Source: Anolis carolinensis
Taxonomy: Eukaryota
Length of the DNA stretch: 64,000 nucleotides
Assembly: GCF_035594765.1 (NCBI RefSeq)
Contig: NC_085841.1
Coordinates: 342,683,402-342,747,401 of the forward strand
Direction of reading: 5' to 3'
This document shows positions 35,880 to 50,523 of the stretch, one piece after another (position 1 is the stretch's first letter; each line of letters opens with the position of its first letter). Made by a program: the position numbers and the translations under genes. The notes beneath the pieces are model-generated. The model was not told where the DNA came from and did no database searches. It saw nothing but the letters and a program-made list of their open reading frames with translations.

Positions 35880-36114
35880 ATTTACATTATTATATATAAT
35901 TATTTAAAAACTATTTTCAGGACAAATTACAAAACAAGCACCATCAGCATTTGTATTTTTATTCCATGAGGATCTCTACACTGATGAGTTTGCCTTAGTC
36001 TGGTAGAAAGAACTAGAAGATTAAAACTCTAATAATGACACTGGTGAAGACAATAATGCCAAAACACATTTCGCCTTTGTGTTATTTTTGACGTGTTTAT
36101 GGTCATTTACCTTT

Positions 36115-36362
36115 CATAGAATCATAGAATCCTAGAATAGTAGAGTTGGAAGAGACCTCATGGGCCATCCAGTCCAACCCCCTACCAAGAAGCAGGAAAT
36201 CGCATTCAAAGCACCCCCAACAGATGGCCATCCAGCCTCTGCTTAAAAGCCTCCAAAGAAGGAGCCTCCACCACAGCCCGGGGCAGAGAGTTCCACTGCC
36301 GAACAGCCCTCACTGTGAGGAAGTTCTTCCTGATGTTCAGGTGGAATCTCCTTTCCTGTAGT
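36115..36362 (-). mobile_element. Young CR1 3' end
   Basis: (CATAGAAT)n tail followed by reverse-complement CR1 3' UTR and ORF2 end. Confidence 0.9.
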
Positions 36363-37899
36363 TTCTCTCATTAAAGATCCATGCCCAGTGAACCCTCGTA
36401 TATTTTGTGTCACTGGTGTTATAAAATCATATGGACTATATCTTTCTTATAGATGGATTATTCATTGTTTGAGATATCCACTAGCAGGTGTCTTATTTGC
36501 CCAGTGATAACATGTAAATACATATTGAACATATGTGGACCTATTTCAGATAAATAACTATAGATTTGATTTATTATCGGGCACTTCTCTGGAGCAGTGT
36601 ACTGCCTTCAGGGCCAATTCATGCTTTCTCACTTGGTTAAGACATTTTAGGAAATAAAATGGCTTTGGAAGTGGAACATACAGCATCTCCCCTGAACTGC
36701 CCTACAAAATGCTCTTTATATGCTATTGCTGCCATTGAAGCATGGATAGTATTCCTAAAAGGACAGCTGAAGTTTATGTATCTACAACAAGGTGTCAAGG
36801 TACATTTCCTTTTCCACTTGCAGATCTCTGCCTATTCAGGTGAAGAATGGGGTTTTTGAGATGGGAATTTTGCTGCCTGTGAGCTATAAGTCATCCTGGG
36901 GCTTTTTTTGTTGGTCCTGGGCCACTGGCAGAGTCTCTGAAATTTTTATCACCACCAATATATAGGCTTTATTTGGCAAAGCATGACAATTTCCTCCTCT
37001 GGACTTTGTATTAAAACAAGGCATATCTTCTTCTGTCCCCATGGTGCATAGTAGTTTCTGGTGAGTTGGATTCCAAGGGTTTTTTTTAAAGTTTCAATTC
37101 AACTTTGCCCTGTTTTCTGCTTCTATAGGCAAAGTCAGTGGATACTTCAGAATTTGTAAGAAACTTCAGAGTATCCTGCACCTTGGAGGCAGTCTGGACA
37201 GCAGGACTTGATCTGAGTCAGCCTAAATCTACTGTTCAAATTGGACACCAGCACCATTGCTCTTCCATGGATAATGCCCATGTCACCGTTGTCAATGCTA
37301 GCTGGCGACAGAGCTCAGTGTAAACTCCTAGCCATCAGGGGGACCTTTGCTTACGTCAAAATGGAGTCTCTCCTTCACTAACTAGTAGGAAGAGCATTGC
37401 CTGCATGAAGGAGCAGAGATTGAAAGTTCAGAATCCAGGCTTGCTCTGGGACAGATTTACACTGGGCTAAATTGTCCAGTGTACATGAGCCCTTAGATCA
37501 TTTTTAAAAGGTATTGTACCTTGAAAGATTTGACATATGTCACAGACAGATTGTAACTACAGGCCTGAGCATTGTACAGTCTTGACTTAGTTCTATTTCC
37601 AGAGTTCTAGGGAACAGCAAGGTATTATATACTTGAATTGCTAGTGGACACAAACAAGTCATTTATTATTATTTCCACCTTATGACAAGGCTCTGTGATT
37701 TTTTTTATCCAAGACTGTGCCAGTAATGCCCATTCATAACTTCATAACTTACTGGGATATAGTCTATCTGAATATATGTGTAGTAATGAAAAGTTGCAGA
37801 TCCTGCTCCAGATGAAACATTAGATTCCATCACATTATAACTTGCTAAGTTCTTCTTGGTGTTAGTTATACTGATAATTATTCTCAATGCCATACTTAC

Positions 37900-38047
37900 T
37901 CTGGAAACCTTCAGATTGGGTTTTCCCGTTATTCCAGACAGGTCAGCATTTTCATTAAAGACATCAGTGATGCCCATTTTTTGCAGCAAATCTTTCACAT
38001 TGTAAGATGTAGAAAGTGACAGTTTTGGAATGAATAAATGGATTTCT
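37900..38047 (-). CDS. Serpin gene 3, coding exon 3
   Basis: EIHLFIPKLSLSTSYNVK...[16 protein letters not shown]; gtaagt donor; 148 bp. Confidence 0.93.
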
Positions 38048-40150
38048 CTGGTTAACAAAGAAAAAACAACATTCTAAATATTAAATTTTTATGTTGTCAA
38101 TACCTGAGGTTATACACAGTTGAACAGGGGTATGATTAATTGGATAAATTTGTCTCCATCTGCCTGAAATTCTTTGGTAACATCCATTGATATAACCTCT
38201 CAGTACACCAGCATACTGTACTGTTTTAGTCACTGATGTAGGAGCCACCTAGTATCTTCTTCCTCAATGAACCTCTCCCACCTAATCATGAAACCATACT
38301 TGCTGTGGATGGTGGGTTCTCCCAGCTGCACCACTGCAAACTGGATTCTACCTATCCCCCGTCCACTGATTGGCTTGACAATGGATATGTGTTGGACAAA
38401 TTACCTTATCTGGACACAGATCGCTATAGGATATATATCTATAGTGGTCTGATTTCTTTGCTTGAAGAAAATGGAAACAGTAGCATGATACAATTGTGAA
38501 CATTAGGCAGGATGAAATAAAGGCCAATAATTGATTAGCACAAATAACTGTGTTTTGAGAAAAATAGAAAGACAAGTAGAGGTGATGGCATTATCTATAT
38601 GAAGTAAAGGTCAGGCAACAAGAAACAATTATCTATATTCTGCATTGTCGGCTTATTTAGGAATGACTAATTATGTCTTCTAGACTGAGCCCCAACAAAC
38701 CTACTTTTAACAGCCAGTAGTTGTACTAAAAGGTGTAGGTCTATTTTATTTGCTATCGAACATCAGAATGGCATTTTCATCACCTCCCACCAGTGAGCAA
38801 GTAGTGATTAGTTTAATTTAATTTACTTTTAAAGATATTTTTCTAGTTGAAATCCAGTACTCAGTTGCATCCCTACATCTTGGATCCCATTGGTCTGCAT
38901 GAGTTTGCACACCAATTGTAATATGTATGTATGTTTATTTGAACATCCCAAAATATTGTGGAGGAATTATTCTTGGGGGTAATTATTTTTAAAAACACGA
39001 TCCTTGAACCGAAAGCATGTCCTTATGCAGAAGAAGCCCATTTTATTTTGTATAGAAAATAGTGTTTTGTTTTTTTGGCATTGAAAATCCCTATATTTTC
39101 TTCTCCACAGAATGATTCCTTCCCAAGATTTTGGGTTTCAAATGCCAAAGAAAAATTGCAAACAAACAAACAAATAAATAAGTAAATAAATAATATTATT
39201 CTTCTTCTTAACAAGGTTTCCTTGACCTGTGAATGAACAATTACAAGAATCAGTTAGCAAGTATGGATATGTAACAGAGTTACAGATCCATAACTGCTCA
39301 ATTCAGTCATAACTCTGCCACTTTTGTGCCAACTGTAAATGCCTCACCAGCTTTGCCTTAATAGCCATCAGCTATATCAAGCAATGGAGGTCTGTTCATC
39401 TGGCAATTTGGGTAAAGGAGGTGGATGTTTCCAGCTTCTTCCCAGCAGCAAGTGAGGGTAAGACAATAATAAGCAAGGTCCTTGTTGCAATTCTTTGTCA
39501 CATTCTCACTTGCCAGGGGCTAGAAATTTCATATTCCATACACTGCAATGGCTAGCTGAACAGATCTCTTTTTCCCAATGCAGCTGCTGGCTGTTAAGGT
39601 TGGCTGGTGGGGGGGCATGAGGCCAGGAAATATTACCGAGTTCATGAGTTATGTGTGGGGTTTTTTTGTTCTGTTTGTTTCATTTGTTGTTACACTTATT
39701 TCCTGGAATACAACGAAGACTCTTAAAAATATTTCATCACTGTATGGAAATTTATGATATTCAGAGAATATCCAGTTAACATGCAACAAAAATAGATAGA
39801 AGTTTGATTAATTAAAAACAATTGAAAAGTGCTGAAGATGTAACTTGTCAGTTGGGTGCCATACTTCCTTTAGGGACATGTTTATAAACTGTATTTGCAG
39901 TTGTGTTTTTCAGTTTACTTCTGTTTTAATAGCTGATTTTAATAGCTTTAAGTCCCCTTTGGGGTGAGAAGGGTGGGGTATACATGCAGTAAATAAATAA
40001 ATTTGCTGCTTTAAGAATAGTTTTCTTATATTTAATATTGTTATTAATAATTTTGAATCTAGTTTTTGGGATGCAAAATAATCCAGCAAACAAAAGTTTA
40101 ATGAATATAAAGAAAAGAGCCGCACTGAACACACTGATAAGAAGACTCAC

Positions 40151-40421
40151 CTAAGTGTTAAGGATGTTTGCCATTTAGCCAGAGTTTCACTTGATAAGGC
40201 ACTCTCGACTTGCTTCATTTTCCCTTGGTCTGGCAGAATGAAAAATGCAGAAGCATCTCCTTTATATGGGACTTCCACCACCCAGCAAGACAGATTGTGG
40301 TCGTAGAGAAAATTGAAAAAGTCTTGTCGATACATCATAAAGACTTTCACAGTGGTGTTTGCATCTGGAAAAAAGTCTGCTTCTCTAGTATTGTAAGGAT
40401 CAAAAGGTTTTTCCCAGTGAG
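40151..40421 (-). CDS. Serpin gene 3, coding exon 2
   Basis: (A)HWEKPFDPYNTREADFF...VKVFMM...FFILPDQGKM; gtgagt donor; 271 bp. Confidence 0.93.
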
Positions 40422-41670
40422 CTTTGAGGGATAGAGAAATGTCACAGGTTAGTGTGAATATTAATGATCAAAAAGGAAAATTTGTATCTATGATATTTAT
40501 GAGTTTATATATGCCAGTCCAAGAAACATACAATGGTACATTATTTAAAAGAATCCCGATCTAGTAAAATGAGCTGTGGAAATTTCTTTGGAAATATAAA
40601 ACAAGATGGCAACAGCACTAGTAGTTAAAACAGATGAACACTGGTTAAGACATTAATAATAATAATAATCATCATCATCATCATCATTATAATAATAACA
40701 ACAACAACTTTATATATGCCGCCTCCATCTCCCCAACGGGGACTCGGAGCGGCTCACATTGGGCCAAACACAGCAAATCGCATAACATCAGAAAATCAAC
40801 AGTTAAGACAACAAGCATCACATTAAAAAACTAATTAAACAGATCATATTTTAAATATATATATATTATGTATATGGGACTACAATTTACATCCTGCAAG
40901 AAACATTCCTGATATCATGGTCTTTAAAATAAATTAAATTAAAATACTGGGCACATCAACCAGCAAAGACTGAAAATTGTCTGTTCCTTCTCCTTTTAAA
41001 AATGTAAACTTTGTGATGCTACTCTTCCAATTTAATTCTGATATACAGTATTCTGTTACAAGCTGACATTCTTCCTTTCATTCATTTGGATCCTCATTGA
41101 GAGCCTGTTTACATTAGTCACATATCTCACATATCCAAAGTTATTCCTGGGCATCCAGACAACATCCAGCAACTTCTGGTCTCTAATATGAGATAAATTT
41201 GGCTATCCTAATTTTACCCCACATTAAGAAAAGCTTCAGGGTGTGTGTAAATGGCTGGGCTCATTTTGATTCCAGTTAGAGGATATCAAGACAGTTGGGC
41301 CAGTTCCTAACCAGAACCGGTGGCAGTCATTCTTCTAGGAATGCCCAGGAACATTGTAGGTGAGTGTTGCAGCTGGGACAGTTGTGACATGGGAGGTGAA
41401 GAGAGTCCTGAAGGGTGGTTGTTCAGTGGTGCCAAACCATGTTCAGTGTGGCTGGGCAATCAGGATTCCCTGCTGCTTCCGAGACAGTTCAGGGAGTCCA
41501 AATTGGGTCAACATGTGGGGCCAATCCAACGTCTGGGATACAAGATGGATTCTACATTACTAATCAGTATAGAAGGGGCCTAGATAAAGAGATCTAGAAA
41601 AACAGCTTTAATTGTCTAGATTCCTGAGTGTTTCACCAGATTCAAATAATTTATTTTGTTTTCAACGTAC

Positions 41671-42337
41671 CTTTGAAGAAAATATAGTTTATAAGAATCA
41701 TTGCAGTCAGTGCATCCAGATTTTCCACTGCCTGGGCTATTTTCCCATGAGTTTTGGTTTGCACATACTCATTTATTTGCTTTTCAGCTGCTGTGGAATT
41801 GCTGAAGTTTGAAGAAAACCCTTCAGCAGCATATAAACTTTTAATGTCCTCCAGAAACTTTGGCAGTATTTTCAGTGTTTCATTCATGAACATGGCATTC
41901 CCTATCTCCACTTGTGCTTTGTTATTTGGGTTGCTAAGCGTGTGGATAAGCTGATGGAATCCTTTGTGGATCTCATTCTTCTCAATCTCAGACAGATTAA
42001 AAGCAAGACCTTCATAAATCTGGTTTTGGGTTTCAGATCTGGCACCCAGAACTAGCATAGCGAAAGCTGTGGAGATACTGAAGGGAGAGAAGAAAATATT
42101 TTTGGCAGCTGTGTTGGATGCTATGTGCCTGTAGAATCTGAATGCAAAATCAGCATTATTGGGAGCTATCTTTTCATAATATGTAGTCTTCTTTCCTTGT
42201 TCTTCTTCCAGGGGAGAATCTTGATCTTCAAATATGATTTTATCTCCATGACCATCTGGACCAATGTTGTCTCTTGGATGGTGTTGACAACAGACTTGAA
42301 GAACAATAAGCAACCAGGAAAGGTAAATGGGCTTCAT
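41671..42337 (-). CDS. Serpin gene 3 (clade A), coding exon 1 of 4
   Basis: ATG at 42337 (MKPIYLSWLLIVLQVCC); IAPNNADFAF, NIFFSP, LINYIFFKG; gtacgt donor; 667 bp. Confidence 0.93.
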
Positions 42338-42440
42338 TGAGGTCTGTGAAAACAAAACAAAAAACCTTAAAGAGCAAGGTTTTATTCTCAAGTGAAGTTA
42401 CAATGAAAGAGACTTACAATTATAATTAACTACAAATAAA

Positions 42441-42728
42441 AAGGTTCCCCTTGACATTAAGTCTAGTTGTCTCCGACTCTGGGAGGTGGTGCTCATCTCA
42501 ATTTCTAAGCTGAAGAGCCGGAGTTGTCTGTAGACGCATGGGGTGCTATTACCTTCCAGAAGCAATACCTATTGATCTACTCACATTTGCATGTTTTTTG
42601 AACTGCTAGGTTGGCAGAAGCTGAGCCTAATAGCGGGAGCTCACCCTACTCCCCGGATTTGAACCACTGACCTTTCAGGCAGCAAGTTCAGCAGCTCAAC
42701 AGTTTAACCCTCTGTGCCACCAGAGGGC
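42441..42728 (-). mobile_element. Sauria SINE
   Basis: Reverse complement matches recalled Sauria SINE blocks GGTGGCAC..AGGGTTAAAC..TGAGCTGCTGAACTTGCTG, GAGCTCCCG, TGCCAACCTAGCAGTTC, GCAAATGTGAGTAGATCAATAGG, CTTAATGTCAAGGGGAACCTTT. Confidence 0.85.
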
Positions 42729-43869
42729 ATAGTATGAGTAATTATATTGCTGGGCCAAAGCTAACAAAATGAATTTCAACAAGGAGAAATAAAGGATACT
42801 ACCCTTGGGCAGAAAAAAATGAATTGCAGAGATATTGAATGGATAACACGTGGTTTGACAACAGTACATTTGGATGGCCATTTGTCAGGGGTGCTGTGAT
42901 GGTGCTTTTCCTGCGTGGCAAGGGGTTGAACTGGATGGCCCTTGTAGTTTCTTCTAACTCCATATTTTATCATTTTTATTATTCTTGCCTCTCCTCCCTA
43001 TTTGAGCCCCACAGCTCACTGCAGTGGACTTTCTGTTTATTACATAGCTTTGAGTATCTACACTTATAACTGATCATAAATGTACATTATGGTGCTTGCC
43101 AAACTTAGTTAACGAATGATACTATTCAGCAAAATTGGTTGAAATAACTGAATGAACTTGCAACCACCAAATATCTTGCTTCCTGTGATAGGCAGTGCAG
43201 GTCAGCCCCTTTCTCCTCAAGAAACCCAAAGCAGTTATAAAAAAATCATCCTTAGTCCACAAAGGCAACTAGCCATTTGGGTGTTCTTTAAAACATGCTG
43301 ATGCTATATGTACAGACTCTCTGCACACAAGTGGGAATCCTAACTGTCTGGAAAGTCTCCATGTGGGCAAAGGGCCCTCTCATCACACCTCTTGCTCTCT
43401 GTGTGAGCACAGTGATGGCATGAGGGATAGAGCAATCTAACCTGTTATCCTCCTCACATGTCACATCAAAAGGAACAGAAGTCTAGGATTTTTTTTTTAC
43501 TAAAATAAAGAAAAAAATTAGAAAGAAACCCAATGAAGTGTAGAGCCAAAAGTATAGATACAGGGGAGGCAAAATGCAGGAAGACTGCCCACACTTGGAT
43601 ATTTTCTTCAGTCCACAAATTTCTAGCATTGCAGATGGTGGGACTCCAAAACTAATTAATAATTTGAATTCTTCTGTTTGTTATGTTCACATTCCCTTGA
43701 TAACTTTACCTGCCCCATTTTCTTTCGCTGCTTAAACTGTATTTCTAAATATTCAGTTACTATAATGAGAGGAGTGAGAGAAATCATTAGGGAGGTGTGT
43801 TGGGGGAATGGAACGAAGTTTGCGAGGACCCAAGAAAAACTGAAACAGGTAAATAAAAACGTAGATCAT

Positions 43870-44037
43870 ACTTACAGATGCTCTAAAAGAATCTTATAGT
43901 ATCGCACTGGTCTATGCTACTCCGTGCTTAGTTGTTTTTGTGTTAGACTTATATAGCACCAAATGGTTAATATTAATCATTAAGCAGAACAAATATAGGT
44001 TATCGAGGGGGACAGAGGGCACAATGTGTTGCAATGG
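43870..44037 (-). promoter_or_regulatory. Gene 3 promoter and non-coding exon 1
   Basis: GTAAGT donor at 43870-43875; TATATAA at 43949-43955; overlapping HNF1-like sites 43965-43984; FOXA-like site 43988-43996; C/EBP-like GTTGCAAT at 44028-44035. Confidence 0.72.
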
Positions 44038-47000
44038 ATGTGTAACCTATCCCTGCACTCAAGGCCATCAATAGTCAAGGTAAGCAAGAAATCATTTGTA
44101 TAGGATTTCAGTTTCATGATTTCAAACAGTGGGGCTCTGCCTCCAAGCATTCACAGATGAAAATAGGGTCATCCTTGTGAATGCCCAATGGACCAGGTTT
44201 ATATGTATCATATTAAAAGTATCTCCAAAGAATCTAGGGAACAATGAAATAGCTGTTGTACTCATTATCAGAAAACCTAAGCCAAGGATGCGCTGAAATA
44301 TTGGATAGTGTGTTTCTCCTATTTTATGGGTAGATAAGCATCATATTAGAGGAAGAGAAGAGTATATGAAACTGTAATTTCTCTGAGAGATCACTCTTTC
44401 TAACCAAAGATAAAGCTACCCAATTTGGCTCCCAACACTATATTTCTGAAATTTAAAATCTTCCCCTGACGTTCCCAAAATGTTCTGCCACTTCCAATAG
44501 GTCTTGTGTGGTAAACCAGTTTAATGATGGGTTTGATAATCACAAAAGAGGTTGGAAGGGAAGACAGTAGGTTCAGAGTGGTAGCAGCTGGCTGCTAGAA
44601 AAAAGTGAGCCTGTGCCATCCTCTGGAACATGGACCAATAGTATTCCTCATCTTGACATGTACAAGGTATTCCTCCCTACTACACAAATGGTTCATAGTC
44701 TAACAGAGCAATACAATCCAAAAGTGGATAGGATTCAGGGCTACTTGAACAAGGAATTCCTCTTAAAACATGAATGTTGTAATTTTATGTTTTGCATTTT
44801 GTTTTGTATGGCACCACTGGGTGCTATTTTGTAAGCTGCCCCAAGTCCCTGTGGGAGATGGTGAAAGGGTATAAAGAAAGATTATTATTATAATTATATT
44901 ATTACTTGCTAGATTGGATGGGAAGTTATTTAGTCATAGCTCCCAGAATACCTCTCAATACTGAACAGGTCTGCTGTGAGTTACAATCCAAGAGTATTTG
45001 GAGGGCCACACAATTCCCACACTTGTGCTGGATGATTTCCCTTACATCTGTGTGCATGTGTGCAAAAATTGAAAGTGGAATGGGACATTGAAAGGCCTTT
45101 GCTATTTGAATCCATCACAAATGTGTGCTTCTAAACATGACCCACCACTTTGATGTAGTGTCTACAAAAGCAAGCGTAGTCTTTAGATGTATTACCAAAA
45201 GTAAATTGATCAGATCACAGATCTTACACTCAGTTCAACTCTATTTTCACACTGTTCAAGACTCATTTGAAATACTATGTTGACATGAGCTTTAGATTCA
45301 TCATCCTGTGAAATTCTTGTAAGGAATAGTTGAAAAGATTGGGTATGTTTAGTCCGAAAAAAACAATTAAGGTGACACATGATAGCAGAAAAGGAGGTGT
45401 GTCTTCTTTTGTTTCAGTAGGCATCTCCAGAAAGAATACATGGAATACGTGGAAACTGCAGAGAAATAGACTGTCTGGATATGGGGAGAAGCAATTTCCC
45501 AGCGGATCAAACTAACTTGGGATATACTGCCAGGTGTTCCTTCCCTGAAAACTGGAAAGCCACCTGCCAAGCATACTTTTGGGGCCTACTGCACTTCATA
45601 TATAGCACCATGTAGCATATTGGACTCAACTGTGTATTTCTCATTTACATATTAAATTAGCATATGTGCAACAGTCATCCCTCTATATATGCAATTTCAA
45701 CTTTTGGAGATCTTATTACTATATTTATTAAAATGCAAGTTTTATTTTTTGTTAACATTTTCTTCCTTGGAATTTTAGGTCCTCTAGTGTCACTCTACAA
45801 TCAACTCCCGTCAGTCATACTGGAGGACCTAGATATTTATAGAGAGAACACCTCACTAGCAACATCTAGGTCTTCCAGTGTGATTCTGTGTTCTGCTCCC
45901 AGTAGATGTTGACCATAGAGTTGTGCTAGAAGATCTGAGAATTTCAGAGAAGTGTTATCTCAGGCCAAAATAAGAGAGTAATCATTTTAACCATTTCTGT
46001 GTCCCTAACCCCAGAAAATGTAGAGGACTGACTTGTTACTGATTTTTTTCTGGCACGAATAATGTGGGAACTGATCAAGATTGGGAGCATTGAGGATCTT
46101 TGCCCTTTCTGGTGGTCCATATCAGAATGGTGAGCTCACACATAACATTTGTATTGGAAGACAAGGAATGGAAACCTTCTTTTGAGTATAACTAGCAAAT
46201 GTGTTCACCCCAATTCTGTGGATATACAGAATTCCACCCCATATACATTTAAGAGGTTCGCTTTCTTTGGACATTTCAGAACTATATCTCAAATATTGTG
46301 GTAAAATATTGATTTATTGGTTTGTAAGTTTAGATTTTAGCTTGATGTCATCCTATGTGGAGATTCTGGACGAAAAAGCTTATACTTTGATGACCTATTA
46401 AAGTTCTGTGGTCCCTGAAATGAAGCATTCATTACTTTAATGTACACATTGGTTATCTTTCACAAATTACAAATCCATACAGGCAACATCACAAGTTCTG
46501 ATAATACAATCTGCGTGGCACTAGTTTAGGACATATTTCATGCTATCAGTATTCGGTACTTACCTAAAGTACCTGATTTGTGCATCAAGCATTCTGTTAA
46601 GTAAATGGAAGCTATTAATTTATTCCACCAAAATAGAGCAGTGAATATTGACTTGAATGCATAAACAAAGGCAGAGCAGAACTATGTACAAGTTATGCTT
46701 GGAGGGGTCTTATATCTTTCTATTGAAGAGCCATAGACCACTCTCACCATCTAGGATGAAAGGACAGGTTAGAATATGAATGGGGAAAGTACAGCTGTTG
46801 CAGTTCTGTTTTAGAGACTCCCAAATGTCCCTTTAACCCCACTAGAATTCCCCAAAAAATGTCAGTTGAAGAATCAGCAAGTGAACACTAAAAATTGAGA
46901 AAAACACACCACAAAATACAAAAACATTGCCAAAGCTCCCATTACCCCCAACTATTCTAAGCTCTCAAAATCAGCTGTATTTAAACCACTTCCAGGGACA

Positions 47001-48851
47001 GGAAGTGACAGAACATCACTTCCATTGGTAGCAATGGCGAACCCCCTTGTTCTTCACAGATTGTTCATTTTAGTTAGATTGGGCAGCTTCCATGGATAAA
47101 TTAGCAATGGAAGTTGACTTTTTGGCATTTTAGTTCAGCATCCCCATATGCTGTACATCAAGTCCAGGGTAGATCTTTTTCCCAGGCAGAATATTAATTG
47201 TAACCACCATCATTGGGTGCTTCCAGACAGTGCCAAAATCCACATTTTAGAACTGAATCAAAAAAATCCCAGGACCTGATAGGTCCACACACAGATCTGT
47301 CAGTCTTGGGATATGGTCCCCCGCCATCTTCACATCTTCCTTTGAAGTGGATCAAGATGGAGGGTGGATGGGGGATATCCAGCAGAAGTTTAAAAAAAAA
47401 AAAAAAGAAGTTCCCTCCATTATGCACCGGACCATATATACACTCATGGAGATATCTTAATATAAACACAAGCAGATTTGCCTGTACGCATATGAGGTCC
47501 AGTGCATAACAGTGATTTTTTTTAAAAAAACCCTTCCATCAGATCTCTCTTTCCCCAATTGTTAATTCAACTTCTGTTTAAAATTACAAAATGTAAAATA
47601 AAGACTCTCAGAGAGTTCCAGTTGTTTTCTAGATGTGCTTCCCTTGAACCACCTGTGTGTTCATTTGAAAGCCTGATCAGTGAGCAGATTTTTCAGGCTT
47701 TTGAAAAGTGCATGTGTTCTAGAGCAGTCTACACAGGGGGGAGAGAGGGAAGGCACGTGTTTCTGCAGAGATATACAGTCGTGTCACTTTATTCAGGCTG
47801 AATTGGGTTTTAAGTGCATCTTTTTAACACATTTTTTTAGCTCTTAATCTGATCCCTCCTGCACTTTGGCTAAACGCTGTTTAGCCACACATCCCCTTTA
47901 ACCAGTGGTTACTACTGGGTTTTACATAATGTGTAGAAGGGCCCTTAGTACTAGTACATAGTCAAGATATTTAATACACACAACAGAATATCACATACGC
48001 TTCTCTATCCATTTTTGGTAGTAAAACAAAAACAAAGCAACCAACAGCTATTTTTTATGCCATTCACAATCTGTTAGTGTTCTGTTTAATCATAGTGTTG
48101 ACCGTTTATGGGGTTAATATATCTGCCATTTTTCTTTCTTTTTTTATCACATTCATGTATTTTCTAGTGATTGTATCCTATTCACTCGGTCCCATGAAAT
48201 ACCAATAAGAGACAATGGAAATCATGTCTAATTGTTTTAGTGCAGTTCCACCATTCAACTTGCATGTGAGTATCTTTTCAGGAGAACTGACATTTTTATG
48301 GAATACAGCAGTTCAGCTAGAAAGTTATGAGCTCCTTTCCATTGAAAAAGTATCTATGGATTCTGTATTCATTGATTCAGTCATTTAATTTGAAAATATC
48401 TGGAGGCAAATTCCAAAAAGCCAGTTTTGATGTTGCCATGTCCTGAGCACTACACTGTAGCCATACCATGATGAAGCCTCCCACCGTTTTAAGCATCCTC
48501 AGGTTCTCTTTGGCACTTACTTGTTCACCTTTTTATATAAGGGATACCCTTTTATTATACCATTTTGTATAATGGGACTTGAGCATCCACAATTTTTGTA
48601 TCTACAGGAGGATCCTAGAATCAAACTCCAGCAGATACTGAGACCCCACTGTATATGAGAAGTTTTAAATAATGGTGCAGATTAGTTTTGAATTAATCTT
48701 TATTATTAAAAAAAAATGTTGCAGCTATTGACTAATTCATCTTCCTTTTAAACAACTCATTGCAGTACTTTGGAGCTAGGACAATTAAAATGCAAGTGAG
48801 AAAATCCATCTTTTAAAGTCACCTGAACAGGTTTTTACTAAATTTTTCTAT

Positions 48852-49055
48852 TTATTTTTTGGTAGGGTTCAGAATCTTCCCAATGAAGAGGATACTCTGT
48901 GTTGGTAGATGAACAATTATCACCAGGAATGGTCTGTTGTAACTGATGGTAAGCGGAGGAGGAAGGTGAGCAGAACGGAATCTAAGCTCCATAGTGGTGA
49001 CAGCTGCTGCCTCTGTGCCACTCTCATTAACATCCAACACAGCCTTATGAATAAC
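48852..49055 (-). CDS. Serpin gene 4, final coding exon with RCL (P2-P1-P1'-P2' Phe-Arg-Ser-Ala)
   Basis: VIHKAVLDVNESGTEAAAVTTMELRFR|SAHLPPPLTISYNRPF...GKILNPTKK*; AATAAA at 48699-48704; total 430 aa. Confidence 0.93.
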   Translation of the reverse strand, partial: VIHKAVLDVNESGTEAAAVTTMELRFRSAHLPPPLTISYNRPFLVIIVHLPTQSILFIGKILNPTKK

Positions 49056-50375
49056 CTGTAAGAAAAGAACAGTTTTACTGTCTACAGATCATATCTGTCC
49101 ATATTTCACAGATGAAAATGCCAAAGCTTTGTAATAATTGCTGTTCATATATAATGGTAGGTGGTGGATTCCATATCCAGGGACAGTTATTTTTTTTCCA
49201 GGTGTTAAGGAAAATGTAAATGATCTACCCAGAGCACAAAATGTTAATCCTCAAATAGGTTCACTGACAGTTCCAAAGGAGATTCACCAACTGAATGACA
49301 TGAAAATCACCAATACCACTGGTCTCGGATGAAGGACCTTCTCATTAGAAATAGCTCAAGGATTGAGTAAAGTGTGGCCTCCCAGATGTAGGTGGCCAAT
49401 TGTGAGGGATCCTAGCAGCTGCAGTCCAACAATATCTGGACAGCCACATAATGCCCACACATGCTCTTAATCTAATTGCTTGATTCCAACTGAATTCAGT
49501 TAGTCAAATGAAGAGTTTAGAACAGACAATACTTATGTAAATCCCATTGACTCAATGGGTCTATTCTGATTGGGAGTAACAATTGATTTAGCCCAATGTA
49601 TGTACTGACCAGGATCAAAAATGCAAAATTCTGGTATTTTTTTTAACCCCATCTAGAGGAGACTATCTGAATCAATTGTTGAATGGTAAATCAAAATATG
49701 GGCTAACACGTGCAAGCTTTTTAAATCTCTTGGTGTCTTCAACAGGGAGCTTTGATGGTCTATGACAGAGAGAATGATGAGGTTCTGTACAAGCATAAAA
49801 ATAGATGTACTAAGAATTGTACTTTTTCATAGGTTGTGTAAGTGTGGTTATAACATATTAGTGCATCTCATTGCCCAAGTACACATGTAATCTTATTTTG
49901 CTTCCTCTTTGTTAATTTGGTGGGGGAGGGGAGAGATTTGATTGACAATCATATAACAGGGAGCAAATGTTTCAACAGATCCAACATGACAATTGTCATA
50001 GCTTAAAGTATATTAGATATATGTGTGATCATGCCTATAAGAGAAAATATGGAAGCAAGATGTTGCAGGCATTTGAAATAAGTTATACAAGGTTTGCTGT
50101 TGGCACCAGAAATTGCATCTAGGACAGTTAGGAAGAAAGAACAAACAATAGTTAATTCCTCTTGTTTTGGAAATGAAAAATCCAACTGTTATTTAGAATG
50201 GTCTCAATCTTTTATTTTTTTTAAAAAGCAACCCAAGTTTCGAGGTATATGCAATGTGGAAGTAAAGTGAAACCCGACAGTGAACACACTAACAATGCTT
50301 GGAACAAAACAAAACAGCAAAGCAATGAATACTTATTTAAACTGTGAGAAACTGCATGGAAATATTAAGCAATAC

Positions 50376-50523
50376 CTTTGAAACCACCAGGTCCTTTTCT
50401 CCAGTAATTCCAGACAGATCAGCATTATCATTAAACACAGCAGTTACGCCCATTCTTTCCATCAAGTCTTTGACATCATAAGTTGCAGAAACTGAAAATT
50501 TTGGGATGACTAGACCTATATTC
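50376..50523 (-). CDS. Serpin gene 4, coding exon 3
   Basis: NIGLVIPKFSVSATYDVK...[16 protein letters not shown]; gtattg donor; 148 bp. Confidence 0.93.
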
